Shown here piece by piece: positions 40,516-53,010 of a DNA stretch of 64,000 nucleotides. A program made the position numbers and the translations under genes. The stretch comes from Octopus sinensis (lineage: Eukaryota): the NCBI RefSeq assembly GCF_006345805.1, contig NC_043003.1, forward strand, positions 38,502,001 through 38,566,000, given 5' to 3'. The stretch's first letter is position 1. Each line of letters begins with the position of its first letter. The notes below the pieces were generated by a model that saw nothing but the letters and a program-made list of their open reading frames with translations, was not told the DNA's origin and made no database searches.

Positions 40516-40911
40516 TAGCAGTATCGCCCGGCGTTGCTCGGGTTGTAAGGGAAATAACTATATAAGCATTTTTAGAGAGTTATAGCCAAAAAATAGCAAA
40601 AAAATGCATTAAAAATTGAAAAAAAATTAAGGTAAATTTTTTTTTTAAATCGTTGACACATCGTAGATATTTTTAGAGAGTTACTTCCCTTATATAAAAG
40701 CGAAAAAAATGCATTAAAATGGAAAAATATGATGGTAAATTTTTTTTTAAATCGTAGACTCATAGTAGACGCGCGCTAATACCCAGAAGGGCTCGATATG
40801 AATCACGACTATAAGATACCCGCTTTTGGTTAAACTGCACCGCAAAATGTGGGAGTAGTTACGAATCTAAATCGAAGGGGACAGACACACAACTTCACTC
40901 TTATATAAAGA
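40515..40911 (-). mobile_element. Non-autonomous Helitron (about 397 bp)
   Basis: Minus strand reads a|TC...CCCGAGCAACGCCGGG(hairpin)CGATACTG-CTAG|t: 5' TC, 3' CTAG, subterminal GC hairpin, insertion between A and T, no target-site duplication. Contains an internal ~125-bp tandem duplication and retains CpGs, suggesting a young copy. Confidence 0.85.
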
Positions 40912-41237
40912 TGCTTTTTTGTTTCAGTCATAGAGTTAGATTTATGAAGGTCTTCAGTAGAAAATCCTTCGAATTCTGACTCGCTGCTTGATATAATGAA
41001 ATTCGTATCCATTTTTTGTCAGAATTACAAATTTTGAAAACACAATAGGAACAAATTTCGGAAAAAAATCTCCCATAATTCACGGAATTAAAATTACACT
41101 TCGATTTTTGTACAAAACTGTATTTGAAGTGTTTACGAAGTATAATACGTGTTTTCACGAATGTACTAAAGAGATTTACTCTGATATTCTCATTTAAATA
41201 TGAATAGGTAAATTTGGGCGGTTTGGTAACGAAAGGG
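40912..41237 (-). mobile_element. 5' end fragment of a second piggyBac-like element
   Basis: Minus strand starts CCCTTTCGTTACC next to a degenerate TTAA. Short acidic ORF start MDTNFIISSSESEFEGFSTEDL resembles transposase N-termini. Truncated by the adjacent Helitron. Confidence 0.5.
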
Positions 41238-41704
41238 TTTATATAAGTGTCGTCTGTTTATACATAAACACTGTTTCATACTTTCAGTTTAGTCTTCCTC
41301 AAATCACTGTCGCTAATTTACTCTATTCCAAGAACATTTTCACTCACTCTTATCTGTTAGCTTCCCATACATTTTACTCATGTATCTATCAGCATGATAG
41401 ACAGAAACAAATATTACATCTAGTTTCACTTTATTCGTTGCACACTGTGTGTGTGCGTTTGCGTGTGCTGTAAACCAGACTAAGAAAAGCATTTGACATA
41501 CACACCAGAATGTGAGTTTTCTGTAAATTTTGCTTAATTGGAGTTTAAATTTTAAAAACTGGACCTGGCATGACCCGATGAATTCTGCTCTTAAAAATGC
41601 TAGGTAAATTGTAATTGAAGAAATCCTATATTGTAGATTTCTATAACTTACAAAGGGAGGCAGATGAAATCTGCCTTTTATAATAAGAGATGTATATACA
41701 TATA

Positions 41705-42003
41705 CAGGCCTCAGAGAGGCAATGACCGAGACCTTTGGTATTATGCCATGCTTGAGAAGACACATCAAGCCAAGTAAAATTGCAGTCGTGGCAGATACCA
41801 TTGTCATACAAATTGCACCTGTGCCAGTGGCAAGTAAAAGCACCCATTACACTCTCTGAGTAGTTGACATTAGAAAGGGCATCCAGCTGTAGAAATCATG
41901 CCAAATCAGACTGGAGTCTGGTGCAGCCTTTCAGTTTGACAGCCCTGCTCAAACCATCCATTTTCCATGCTGGCATGGACAACGGACGCTAAATGATGAT
42001 GAT
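41705..42003 (+). mobile_element. RTE LINE 3' end fragment
   Basis: GLREAMTE-like end of ORF2 followed by the shared UTR and GAT tail. Confidence 0.8.
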
Positions 42004-42376
42004 AGTGAAGGACTAACTTCTCAAATGTTAAAACTCTTTTTATTCCCATTATAGTGTTAGCTAATTCTGTATATGTTACACCTTGTTCCTCCTGTGTTGC
42101 TTTTTATTGTTCATTACATTTACTCTATACACACACACAAATATGCATGAAATTGCTAGTAAACTAAACATGCACTGTATAATGGATTCAATACAGGTAT
42201 TAGTATGAAAACAGTATTTATCATCAATGGTGACTGTTTATTTTGAAGATTTGCCAACACTAGCTTCTCAAAGCAGAACCACACAGCTATTCTGAGAATC
42301 CAATATCAGCAAAACTTCAAAGTAAACAGTCACTATTGATTATATATATATATATAAACACACACACACACACACG

Positions 42377-42785
42377 CTAGCTACCCGCATGGTTCTTGGT
42401 CTCAAGAATTTGTCTTATGAAGAAAGGCTGAAGACGCTCAACCTTTATTCTCTAGAAAAACGACGACGCCGTGGTGATCTCATTCTTGCTCACAACATCA
42501 TAAGCGGAAAGTAGCGTCGGCTGCGGAGTCACTCCGAAAAGTTCTATCTGCGACGATTTCATCTCAATCGAAGGAGAGGGGCTTTCTCCGCCCGGGTTGC
42601 GGATCTGTGGAATAAGCTGCCAGACGAGATGGTGAAGATGCCGACGACCGCTTGGTTCAAAGTCTCCCTTGACCACAAGTGGCCTGAACTCTTTACATGA
42701 ACACCACCCTGTACATAACTCCATGTCCCCCTACAAGGCCTTGCTTTTTGCTTTTTGAGCCAAAAAATTAACTAACTAACTAACA
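42377..42785 (+). mobile_element. CR1-group LINE 3' fragment with (TAAC)n tail
   Basis: LATRMVLGLKNLSYEERLKTLNLYSLEKRRRRGDLILAHNII...FSARVADLWNKLP. Confidence 0.9.
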
Positions 42786-42895
42786 CACACACACATGCAG
42801 TTAAGAAGTATGGTTTGTATCCATATTGTTCTGTGTTCAATCCTACATACAGACAGGATCTCAAGCAGAAAGTTTGAATTAACAAATGCCTAGTG

Positions 42896-43090
42896 CAGTG
42901 ACTCTCAACCATTTTTTGCCTGTAGACTCCCTTGATTCTTAGTACCATTACATTTATATGATCAAATTTTATTGGGAATTGTATAAAAAAAAATCTATTA
43001 AAATGCTTTGTGTATTATACAAGTATAACCTATATAATGCACATAAATCTAACAGCAAATACTTATGTGGACCCTGGTTGAGAACCACTG
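42896..43090. mobile_element. hAT (Charlie-like) MITE inserted in a SINE
   Basis: TIRs CAGTGACTCTCAACC / GGTTGAGAACCACTG; TSD GCCTAGTG/GCTTAGTG. Confidence 0.85.
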
Positions 43091-43915
43091 GCTTAGTGAG
43101 TGGATTTTTAGTAGACAGAAGCCTTGCATGTATTTCATTACCAACACAATCATTTTTTTATGTCTACTTTTCCTTGCTGGCAGAATGGTTAAGAAACTTG
43201 TTTCCCAACCATTTGGTCTTGGGTTCAGTCCCATTACATGTCTCCTTGAGTAAGTGTTTTCTACCAGAGCTCAGGCTTAAGCAAAGCCTTACAAGTGGAT
43301 TTGGTAGACAGAATTTAAAAGAAGCCTATCATTTGTGTGTGTGACTCTTGTCTAGACATCACACTATAGCTGTAAACGAGCATCATTGGCATACAAGCAT
43401 CATCAACATCCTTTTTCCATGCTGGCAGGGGTTGGATAGTTTGACCAGAGCTAGCAAGGAGAGCTGCATCAGGTTCCAGTCTGATTTGGCTTGGTTTCTA
43501 TGTCTGGATGCCCTTCCTAATGCCAACCACTTTACAGTGCATGCTGGATGCTTTTAACATGATGCCAGTACATTTCCTGTCTTTCATAAAATACATGTCT
43601 AGCTGTAGAAAAATATTACCTTGCTTAGATGCTTAGAAACAGATGAAGGTTGGCTAGAGGGAGGGCATCCAACTGTAGAAAATAACCTACAAATTCCATG
43701 TGAAGCATGCAAGCATGGTAAGGTAGACATTAAATGATGATGATAATGGAATGTCCTTCTTGTCAACAAACCTTTTATTTGCCTAAGATATGCAGTGGTA
43801 TGGTATACCAGTTTTAAAAATGGGATACATACAGTATACATATGTGTGTGAGAGAGAGAAAAACAATGAGTGAATGAGTGTATGCATGTCTGTCTATATA
43901 TTTACCAGTATATAC

Positions 43916-44060
43916 CAGTGCTCCGCAACTGGTGTGCCGCAGTGTAACCTGAATATAATTTTTGCCCAATACTTTCAGTTATATTTTTAGTTCAGGTCTG
44001 CCGCCGAATTTTGAAAATAATATAAGTGTACTGCAAGTTAAAAAAGGTTGTGGAGCACTA
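43916..44060. mobile_element. hAT-type MITE with 8-bp TSD
   Basis: TIRs CAGTGCTCCGCAAC / GTTGTGGAGCACTA with a perfect TSD GTATATAC on both sides. Confidence 0.9.
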
Positions 44061-44398
44061 GTATATACCAATAGTAAACATAAATTCAGATTTATCAAAT
44101 AAGGACAAAACTAAGAAAAATACTGGGGAGCAGGTGGGAGTTGATAAGATTGATTAAGACACTAGAAGGGAATCCCAACATGACTGCAGTCCAATGACTG
44201 GAATCAGTAACAAAAAAAAAAAATAATAATAATAATAATGAATAAATAAAATGCACATAAAAATAAGTTCTCATCAATAAATAAAATATTTCAACATGTG
44301 AAAAAAAAAATTAAAAAAGCAAAAAACAACAAATATGTCATACAAATAATAAGTAATAGTAATAATAATAATAATAATAATGTCTTAATAAGGCTAAC

Positions 44399-44534
44399 CT
44401 CGTTCTGCAGGTTCCATAATATGGCTTTCCTTGTGTTTTCATAAAGTCAAGCAAGATTATCAAAAGTCATGCAGCTACAGCCAAGACAGCTGGTTAGAAT
44501 GGTAGCATGATGCAGCACAAGTTAGAAAGAACAA
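44399..44534 (-). other. Candidate upstream exon of the SCD gene (5' UTR plus possible short in-frame start MEPAER)
   Basis: Non-repetitive island bounded by tatttccAG| and GAG|GTTAG. ATG at 44417 gives 19 nt (phase 1), which is in frame with the SCD ATG if spliced to 13071. Confidence 0.3.
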
Positions 44535-46241
44535 CTGGAAATATGACCAACATCAAAAGGCCATAGGCTAGACAACCCTAAGAACGACACGGTCAAAAGA
44601 GAACAGACAACCCCATCATTAAAATTCTATGGTGACTGAGATCAGTTAAGTGAACACATGCACATTATACATACGTACAAACATACATACATACATGTGT
44701 ATATATTTTATACATATATGAGTGTGTATGTGTAAATATATATATAGTGTGTGTGCGTGTGTATGTATTTATATAGTTATGTATGTTTGATTATGGACAT
44801 GAGTGTGTGTCTGTTACGAGAGTGAGTGTAACTGTGTATGTGCTAGTATGTGTATTTATGTAGATGAGAGTATGTTTGTGTACGTGAGTGTGTGTATGTG
44901 TGAGAGAGAGAGCGAGAGAGAAACAGAGACTGTATATTCGCATGTGTACGTAACTGTATGTGTGTATGTGCGCGTGTGTGTGTGTGTAATTATGAAATAG
45001 TAACAAAACAGCAGAAAAGTGAGAGACAGAGTAGAGGAGCAAGTAAGCAAATCGTACAGCGAGGTAATTCACGTTGCTGTTAGAGACAAAGTTAGGAGTT
45101 TAGTTTTCAAATACAACACAGTAATTTCGGTGATTAATTATTAAAAAAGAAAAACAGCAAAAAGAGGGAAAAAAAATAAAGAAAGAAATAAAACAGAGAA
45201 GAAAATAATCAAACAAGGTAATCAGTGTGAAGGATAAACCACCATTACTGCACAACATCAATGCGATTAACAAAGTCTTTCAAAACAGGTCAACAATGAA
45301 TATATTAGGAACTACTCATACACATTAGTTAGAGTGCTTTCAATATTTCAATTCAATAGAAAAAAAAGTTTTTATATATATATATATATAAAGACCAAGT
45401 CACTGCAAATGTACATACTCAAGGCTCACAGTATCGCATTCTGTTGTGCAGTGAAAGCTGGCTATGAAAATGTAAGACTATTTGGGCATTAGTAATAATG
45501 AATATAAAAACCTATTTAGTTGACATAAATAAAGTGGCTGTCATTGTAAAAAGAAGAGAAAAAAAAAGAAAGAAAAAGTGATGAAAGCAATGTAATTAGA
45601 AATGCTGCCTCACACTCAGGTCAAGTTATTTAGAGACTGGAAGCAGTATCCGGAGGAGGGGGGGGGTCTAATCAACAGAATAATAATAATAATGATAATT
45701 ATCCTTCTACTAAAAAGCCATAAAGCCTGAAATTTTGGGGGAGGAGCTAGTTGATTACATCAACCCCAGTGCGTAACTGGTACTTATTTCATAGACCTTG
45801 GCAGAATTTGAACTCAGAACATCAAAATGAACAAAATGCTGCTAAGCAATTTCCCAGTGTGCTAACAATTCAGCTAGTGTAATGCCTTAATGATGATAAT
45901 AATAATAATAATCCTGTCTATTATAAGCACAAAGCCTGAAACTTTGGGAGTGGGGAATAGTCTACATCAACCACAGTGTTTCACTGGTACTTAATTTATC
46001 GACCCTGAAAGGATAAAAGGCAAAGCTGACCTCAGTGGAATTTGAACTCAGAATGTAGGCACGGACGAAATGCCATCTACTAAAGGCACAAGGCCAAAGT
46101 TAGACTGGATCCTGGTACAGCTTTCTGGCTGTTCTAGTCAAACTCTAACCCATATCAGCATGGAAAGCAGACATTGAATAACGATGATGAAGAAGAACTT
46201 TATTTGAAACACCAAAATTCTCATCTTCCTATGACATATGA

Positions 46242-46448
46242 CCCTTTAGCATTTAAACCAACCATACCTGGCCAAAACATTGTACCTCTTTTATGTTCAG
46301 AACAGGCCTCTCACAAGTACCCTATGATGTCATTATAAAAATACACAATCACATAAAAATCTTAAAGCTATGAGATAATGAATGATAAATTTAAAACAAT
46401 GCGAATAAATAAGCATTACATTTGACAGAGTAATCTGAATGCTAAGGG
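46242..46448 (-). mobile_element. piggyBac-derived MITE
   Basis: CCCTTTAGCATTTAAACC...TCTGAATGCTAAGGG. Confidence 0.85.
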
Positions 46449-48049
46449 GATAAACTAACCCAAATCACTAACTTTACTCAATGATTTTTGCTGACACAGA
46501 TTACAACTGGTTTTCTCAGAATGCAGTTTTTATTTCTTATTTATCAACTTCGTCTGGTACTCAATAGTTTACCTCTCTATTGCCCCATTCAACAAAAATT
46601 TGTGAATGAAGCGTAAGGCCACAAACCATTGTCAGTAATGAAAACAAAATCTAGTGCCTGTTTTTAACAAGTCCAGAAGAGCAAAAGATTAAAAATTGCA
46701 TAGATGAAATGGATTACATAAGGCATTTTTCTGGCATAGCCATCCACTGGCCTCTTCAACAACAAAAACAGTCAGACAATTGAGAAGCCTCTTGTCACTC
46801 AACCATCAAAAATTAGCAGCCAAATCTCTTAAATGACACACTACTATCTTCATTAAAGAAATAAAGAAAACCCATATTAAATAATGCAGCCCTAGATATT
46901 TTATTAAAGTTGGGATGGTCATGACTGGAATCCTCATCACCATAAGTAACTCTGCCCTGTAAGTTTGACTAGGTGCTAAAGTAACAACAATGATGATGAT
47001 GGTGGTCTCTAAGTGTGGTAGCATAACACAGACTTATATGGAAAGACTATAATTAATTGAATCAGCTCAGTGCATTACTGGTACATAATTTATCGATACA
47101 AAGTGTGACTTAATTCTGTGAAATATGTAATTCATAGAGACAGGTGAAATAATCCTTTCTACTATAGGCACAAGGTCTAAACATTTGGGGGGGGGGGAGA
47201 TTAGTTGATTACATCAACCCTAGTGCTCAGCTGGTACTTATTTCATCAATCCTAGTGCTCAACTGGTACTTATTTCATTAACTCCATAAAGATGAAAGGC
47301 AAAGTCCTTGGCAGAATTTGAACACAGACACAAAGATGGATGAAATGCCACTGAATATTTTGTCCAGCAAGCTAACGATTCTGCCAGCTCTTCAACTTCA
47401 GAGATCAATGAAATAATGAAAGGGAGAGATGAAAAGCGAAGATAATACTCTACAAACTGAACATGCTAAAGATAGCAACTAAATTTCCTTCAAATGCACA
47501 CTATCATTATCATAACCACCAATTTTCATTGTTATTTTTTTCCATGCTGGCATGGGTTAGATAGGTTTTCTGACACAGTGTTTTTCTAGGCTGATACCAT
47601 TCCAGTTCCAAATCATTTTAATCACTTTATATGAGGAAACAGGGAGACCTGTGTATCTAGTGTAAAACTGGGAGATATATATGATAAACATCTATCTCAA
47701 AAAAATAATAAATATTGATACATTGGATATGTAGACTTGGATATAAAAAACAAGGGGTGGTCAGAGCTAGAACATAGGATTCCTTAATCAACTACAAGTA
47801 TCAGCTGGCATTGACTTGAAAATTCATAAATGTGGTGTACAGCATGTGATGACAACATGGGTGGTAGTGATAGAGAGAAAGAAGACAAAAATATTTAAAC
47901 AGGGTAAAGGGTATGACTATGGGATTGCACCAAGAAAGTTACCCTCCAAGGCATAAATCTAAGTAAGGTTGCTTATGAAAGACTAGCAGTCACACATGCA
48001 AACCAGCCATCCTGCTTCATGCTGTTATATGTACATAAGGTAATCGGTA

Positions 48050-48367
48050 AAGACCCCCTTCAGTCATGAATGACCATGGGTCGCACTTAGAAGGTTACCC
48101 TCCAGGGCACAAGTCTGAGCAAGGTTGTTTACAGAAGGCCAGCAGTCATGCATACCGATCTCCCTTCTCCATGCCATCGCTGTCATCCAAGGGAAAGACA
48201 AGGGCCAATACAATTTGGTACCAGTGATGCTGCAACTCCTTTCTACAGCTAAATGGACTGGAACAACGTGAAATAAAGTATCTTGCTCAAGTGCACAACA
48301 CACAGCCCAGGAATTGAACTCACTACCTCATGACTGGCGTTCTAACCACTGAGCCATGTGCCTTCAC
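48050..48367 (-). mobile_element. tRNA-derived SINE family D (related copy at about 59420-59670, +)
   Basis: TGGCTCAGTGGTTAG...GAGTTCAATTCC...cttgagcaagatacttt. Confidence 0.7.
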
Positions 48368-49119
48368 ATTACTTAAACATTACTGTCTCAATGTATCAAC
48401 ATGATAGGCTGCATACCCTCCTTACACGGCTGTCCCCCAAATACAGCAGGAGTAATTTGCAGAAACACTCATCATATACATTAACATCAAGTAGAAAACT
48501 ACTAAGGATAATAAAATAATATTTAAAATAACAGAGAAAATAGAATAATAACAGTATTATTAATTATAGCAGAAACTAATCTTTATATAAACAGAACACA
48601 TCCAGGTGATCTCTGTTCAATTAATGAAATAAACTAAGGAAGTAGTGACTATTTAGTTGTTTAACCAGTTCACTCCAGCGGTGAAATATCTCCTCAAAGA
48701 TAGCATTGTTTCTAAAATGGTGACCATTTGTTTAAGTCTTAAATACTGGAACAATATGGACCATAAAAAAATTTTTTTAAACACCCACCGCACAAAAGGT
48801 GATCAATTCAATTCATTTCATCCAAAACACAGGTCAATCTGAGTCAGAATGAGACAACATGGATGCTGGTGATTTGACACAGGTGATTGGAGATTGAACC
48901 TGTTTTGGTGACTAATTTTTGGTACTGGGGACAGACACACACACACACACACACACATACATACATACAGAAATATATACACAGACAGAATGAGTGAGAA
49001 AGAGACACAAGTTGTTAATTGAACATGACTGGCATAAACACTTTCCCTCTTCTCAGACCCATAGAAAGCTATATATGCTTACACATAATAAACAAAGTTC
49101 TCATATCCAGTTTAATTAA

Positions 49120-49328
49120 CCCTTTAGCATTCAAACCAGTCATATCCGGCAAAAATATTTAACCTGTTTTTGTGTTGAAACTGGTTAGATCCGGCCTCTC
49201 ACCTCAACACTACAATGTCATTTTAAAACTAAACAATCACATCATCAAAATCTCTAAACAAGATAATGCATGATTAATTTAAAACAATATAAACAAACAA
49301 ACATTACATTTGATAGAATACTAAAGGG
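49120..49328 (-). mobile_element. piggyBac-derived MITE with TTAA on both sides
   Basis: TTAA|CCCTTTAGCATT...TACTAAAGGG|TTAA. Confidence 0.9.
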
Positions 49329-50233
49329 TTAAACTGAGATGATCAGGACTGCTAAACAAGTAACAATTCAAGTCACTAATATTTTGAGTTGGACAAGCTT
49401 CTTCCCCTCTACCCAGTTACCTGAACCCAATACTATACAATGGCTAGCCTGTTCTGCATAATTTTATTTCCTTGTTTTATACATCGGTTATACATAACCA
49501 AAGGACCTAAATAGTGCTGTCAATGAACACAGAAAATTCTAGAAAGACACAGTAGAAGCTTGATAACTTTCTAAATTTTGTTAAATATATTTTTAACTGA
49601 CCAATATTAAAACAAAAACCTTATCTAGTAACAAAGGGCCTTAGAATAATGAGTTATATAGTCAGAATTCTATCTGAAAATGCCATATTTTGATGCTATG
49701 AAGGACTTCAAACTGGAACTCAAAATCCTTGAACAGATTACATAAGATGCCATAAATAATAAGAAAATAAATCTATATAAGAATATATTTCTAACTTTAA
49801 AACAATTTCAGCATTATAATCTCTAGAGATAGCATCAACCCTAGTTGCATCTCAGTTTTGAAGTAATTAGATCAGTCAGAACCCTGCATTTTCTCTCCGT
49901 TGTTTATGACTAAAGTAAAAAATATGCAGATCTATGAAAATTGTTTCAAGGCAACGCTACATATATCTTTAAACAGAAAATCTAATAAAATCAAATATAA
50001 CAGAAACTTTAAATTCTCTAAGACAATACATAACACATAAATTTGAACACAATTTCACTTCATGAATTATCCCCCATCATCATCCACTTTTCCATGCCCA
50101 GTTTACTGGGACATTTTCTACAGTTGGATGCCCTTCCTGTCACCAACCCATACTTGCTTCCAAGCTAGGTAATATTTCTCCCATGTCCAGACGTTTTCAC
50201 AGACTATTGAAAATAAATAATACCCATTTACAA

Positions 50234-50570
50234 CAATGGTTCTCAATTGGGGTCCATATAAGATTGGATGGGGGGAGTCCATGCAACAAAATAGTAAATT
50301 GGGGATCCACAATAGTATTTCAAGGGCCCCTGAAAATATTTTGTTTTAGATGTATGTATTGGCATGTATTGCAAGAAACAACTAGTTACTTTCTCTAACA
50401 TTTTACATGGTTCAACCTACAGAAGTTAATGTGTGGAAAACAAAATAGGAATTTTGAAAGAAGCACTTATAAAGTTAGTTTTTATACATTGAATGACTGG
50501 GGAAGGGGGGGGACCAGAATAAAATAGTAATCAAAAGGATCCATAGATAAAAAATGGTTGAGAAATCCTG
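50234..50570. mobile_element. hAT (Charlie-like) MITE; inverted sister copy at about 60884-61239
   Basis: CAATGGTTCTCAA...GGTTGAGAAATCCTG with TSD ATTTACAA/ATTTACTA. The internal sequence is reverse-complementary to 60884-61239. Confidence 0.8.
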
Positions 50571-51737
50571 ATTTACTACAATCATGTGATATCACAACAA
50601 GGATATGCAAACATACACACACTCACACATACATACATACATACATACATGACAGATTTCTTTCATTTTCTGTCTATGAAATCCAGTCACAAGGCTTTGG
50701 TCAGCCCAGGGATATACTATAACAGAAGAAACTCATCCAAAGTACAACACAGTGGGACTGAACCTGGAACCTGTCATTGGGAAGCATGTTTCTTAACCAC
50801 ATAGTCACATCTGCACTTACCAAACTCATAAAATAAAATTGAAAATTTAATATCAATGGAGGACGTGATATTCTTTCAGGCACTCCTAAATTATGAAGTA
50901 AACTTTAAGCTCGTTTTCTGCGGTGGAGTGGTAAGAGTGGAGAATATCTTGTTATCCATATTTTTCTATTCAAACAATTCAAACACCAACACTATGGCTA
51001 TCAGGATGCATAATTTAACAGCAACAACAACAACAGCACTTATCACAGATATTGTTGCTGCAATACAATAACTCCATTAATCCAACATTAACATTTCAAC
51101 ACATGCTTAGAAAATATGCACACACACACACATACATATATATACATATATATAATGACTCTCTACTTATGGCACAAGACTAATTGATAAATGCAAGTAA
51201 TGTGAAGGTTTCCTAAACCTGCAAGAGACACTCGTGGGCCAGAGTTTAGTTGGTTCATTTTATACATAATTAAGTAGGTGAGAAAGAAATCAACCCATTC
51301 CCCTTCAGATAGCATTCTCAAACAATCAGTACTTATTCACACTAACCAGAGAGACTGAGCTGAGTAGAATTCACATTTCAGGTAAACAAACTCAAATGTG
51401 TAGTTCTCATTAGCACTTCACTTATGGAAAAGGTTCACCAAATTAAGCCGAGTATATTAGTTATGTAATACCGAAACACTAGAGTGTCACCCCACCATAT
51501 GATGAGTAACTGTGGAAGGATACTTTAACCACCAAATGTAATGTCAAGAAATATGGCATACACGCAATAATTATAATTTGATTTCCATGAAATTTCTTGG
51601 TGCTTGTACAAAATCATGAAATGAATACTAATTTCTAAAAGAAAAATATTACCTTAAGATCAATATGTGTGAGTGTGTGCATGTAAGTACACATGTGTAT
51701 GCATATAAGTATATACATGTGTATGTATGTAAATATA

Positions 51738-51773
<36 letters not shown>

Positions 51774-51797
51774 TGTGTGTGTATGTATGTATATATA

Positions 51798-51833
<36 letters not shown>

Positions 51834-51853
51834 TGTGTGTGTGTGTGTGTATG

Positions 51854-51899
<46 letters not shown>

Positions 51900-52424
51900 T
51901 CTGAGTATGCATCTGTTTCTACCCTACTGTTTCTATCCTCTACTTATCACCTTCCCCTTCACTTTCTCTCATCTACATATCACTTTTTGCCCTTACTTCC
52001 ACCCTCCTCTCATCCTATTACCCCCTCTACTTTGTTTCATAATGTTTATTTCTACTACATTTTTAATGCTTTATTACACTGTTCTGAGCTGTTATGCCTA
52101 TCCACTCCTCTCACTTTCTCTCTAAATAATCAGCTATTTACCCCTTTTCTCCTGTGTATGCAAGTGTAGCATTCTTACTTATTACCTGTCATCAAGCCTT
52201 CTACTTCACCCCTTGTATTAATTCTCTGTATTCCACTTTTACTTATACTCTCTCTCTCTTCAACATAACATTTGATTGAAGAAATCAACCAACCAGCCTT
52301 TAAATCAGCTCCTATTATATAGAGATAAAGCACAAGAATGAGTGTGTGGTTATGAAGTTCAGTGTGGAATCTCGTGGCTTGGAGTTTGCTACCACAGCAG
52401 GGATGCTGTCAGCTCAACTCAAGT

Positions 52425-53010
52425 CAGTGATGCTGACTGTTTTTTTAGCTTAAGCTACAGCTTTGAATCTGCCCAGGATTATCTCTCTTCAGTATTTCCC
52501 ATTGAGGAAAACTAAAGAGCCAGGAACACATGTTTGGGAATCAACTAGAGGGAAGCACTGGGCAGATATGTTGTTTTTTTTCACCTTTAAGCTTAAGAGA
52601 GAATTTTCTCTCCATGGTAAATTTGCCTTTAGAAGTTAAAAAATATATCACAAACATAATTTTTACTAAGCTAAAGTTTGTTTATTTTTAATCACAGTTT
52701 GGTGCTGATGCTGCTATTTTTATCCTGACCAGGCAGCCCACTAGCACAACACTGATGTTGCCTGTCTTTTAGTTAAAGCTACAGGTTAGAATCTGCCTGG
52801 GATTATCTCTCTTCAGTACTTCCCACTGAGGAAGGCTAAAGAGCCAGAAATGCACATCTGGGAATCCACTAGACGGAAGCACTGGACAGATACGGTGTTT
52901 TAACACTTTTTACCAAAAGAGAGAAATTTTTCTCCATGACAACTGCAATGAATTTGCATTTAGGAGTTAAAATGTCACAAACATATTTCAACTAACCTAA
53001 AGTTTGTGTG
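52425..53010 (+). repeat. Two diverged ~324-bp tandem units, each carrying a decayed type-I hammerhead (retrozyme- or Penelope-like)
   Basis: Unit 2 reads cagtacTTCCCA-CTGAGGA-A-GGC-taaaga-GCC-A-GAAA-tgcaca-TC-TGGGAA...ggaagcactg (52814-52884). Unit 1 has a more decayed version at 52496-52540. Confidence 0.7.

Noticed and set aside
51470-51510. Hammerhead-like GAAA-CAC-taga-GTG-TC followed by atgatgag
   Set aside because: There is no intact CTGANGA in the right place and no stem I or II pairing.
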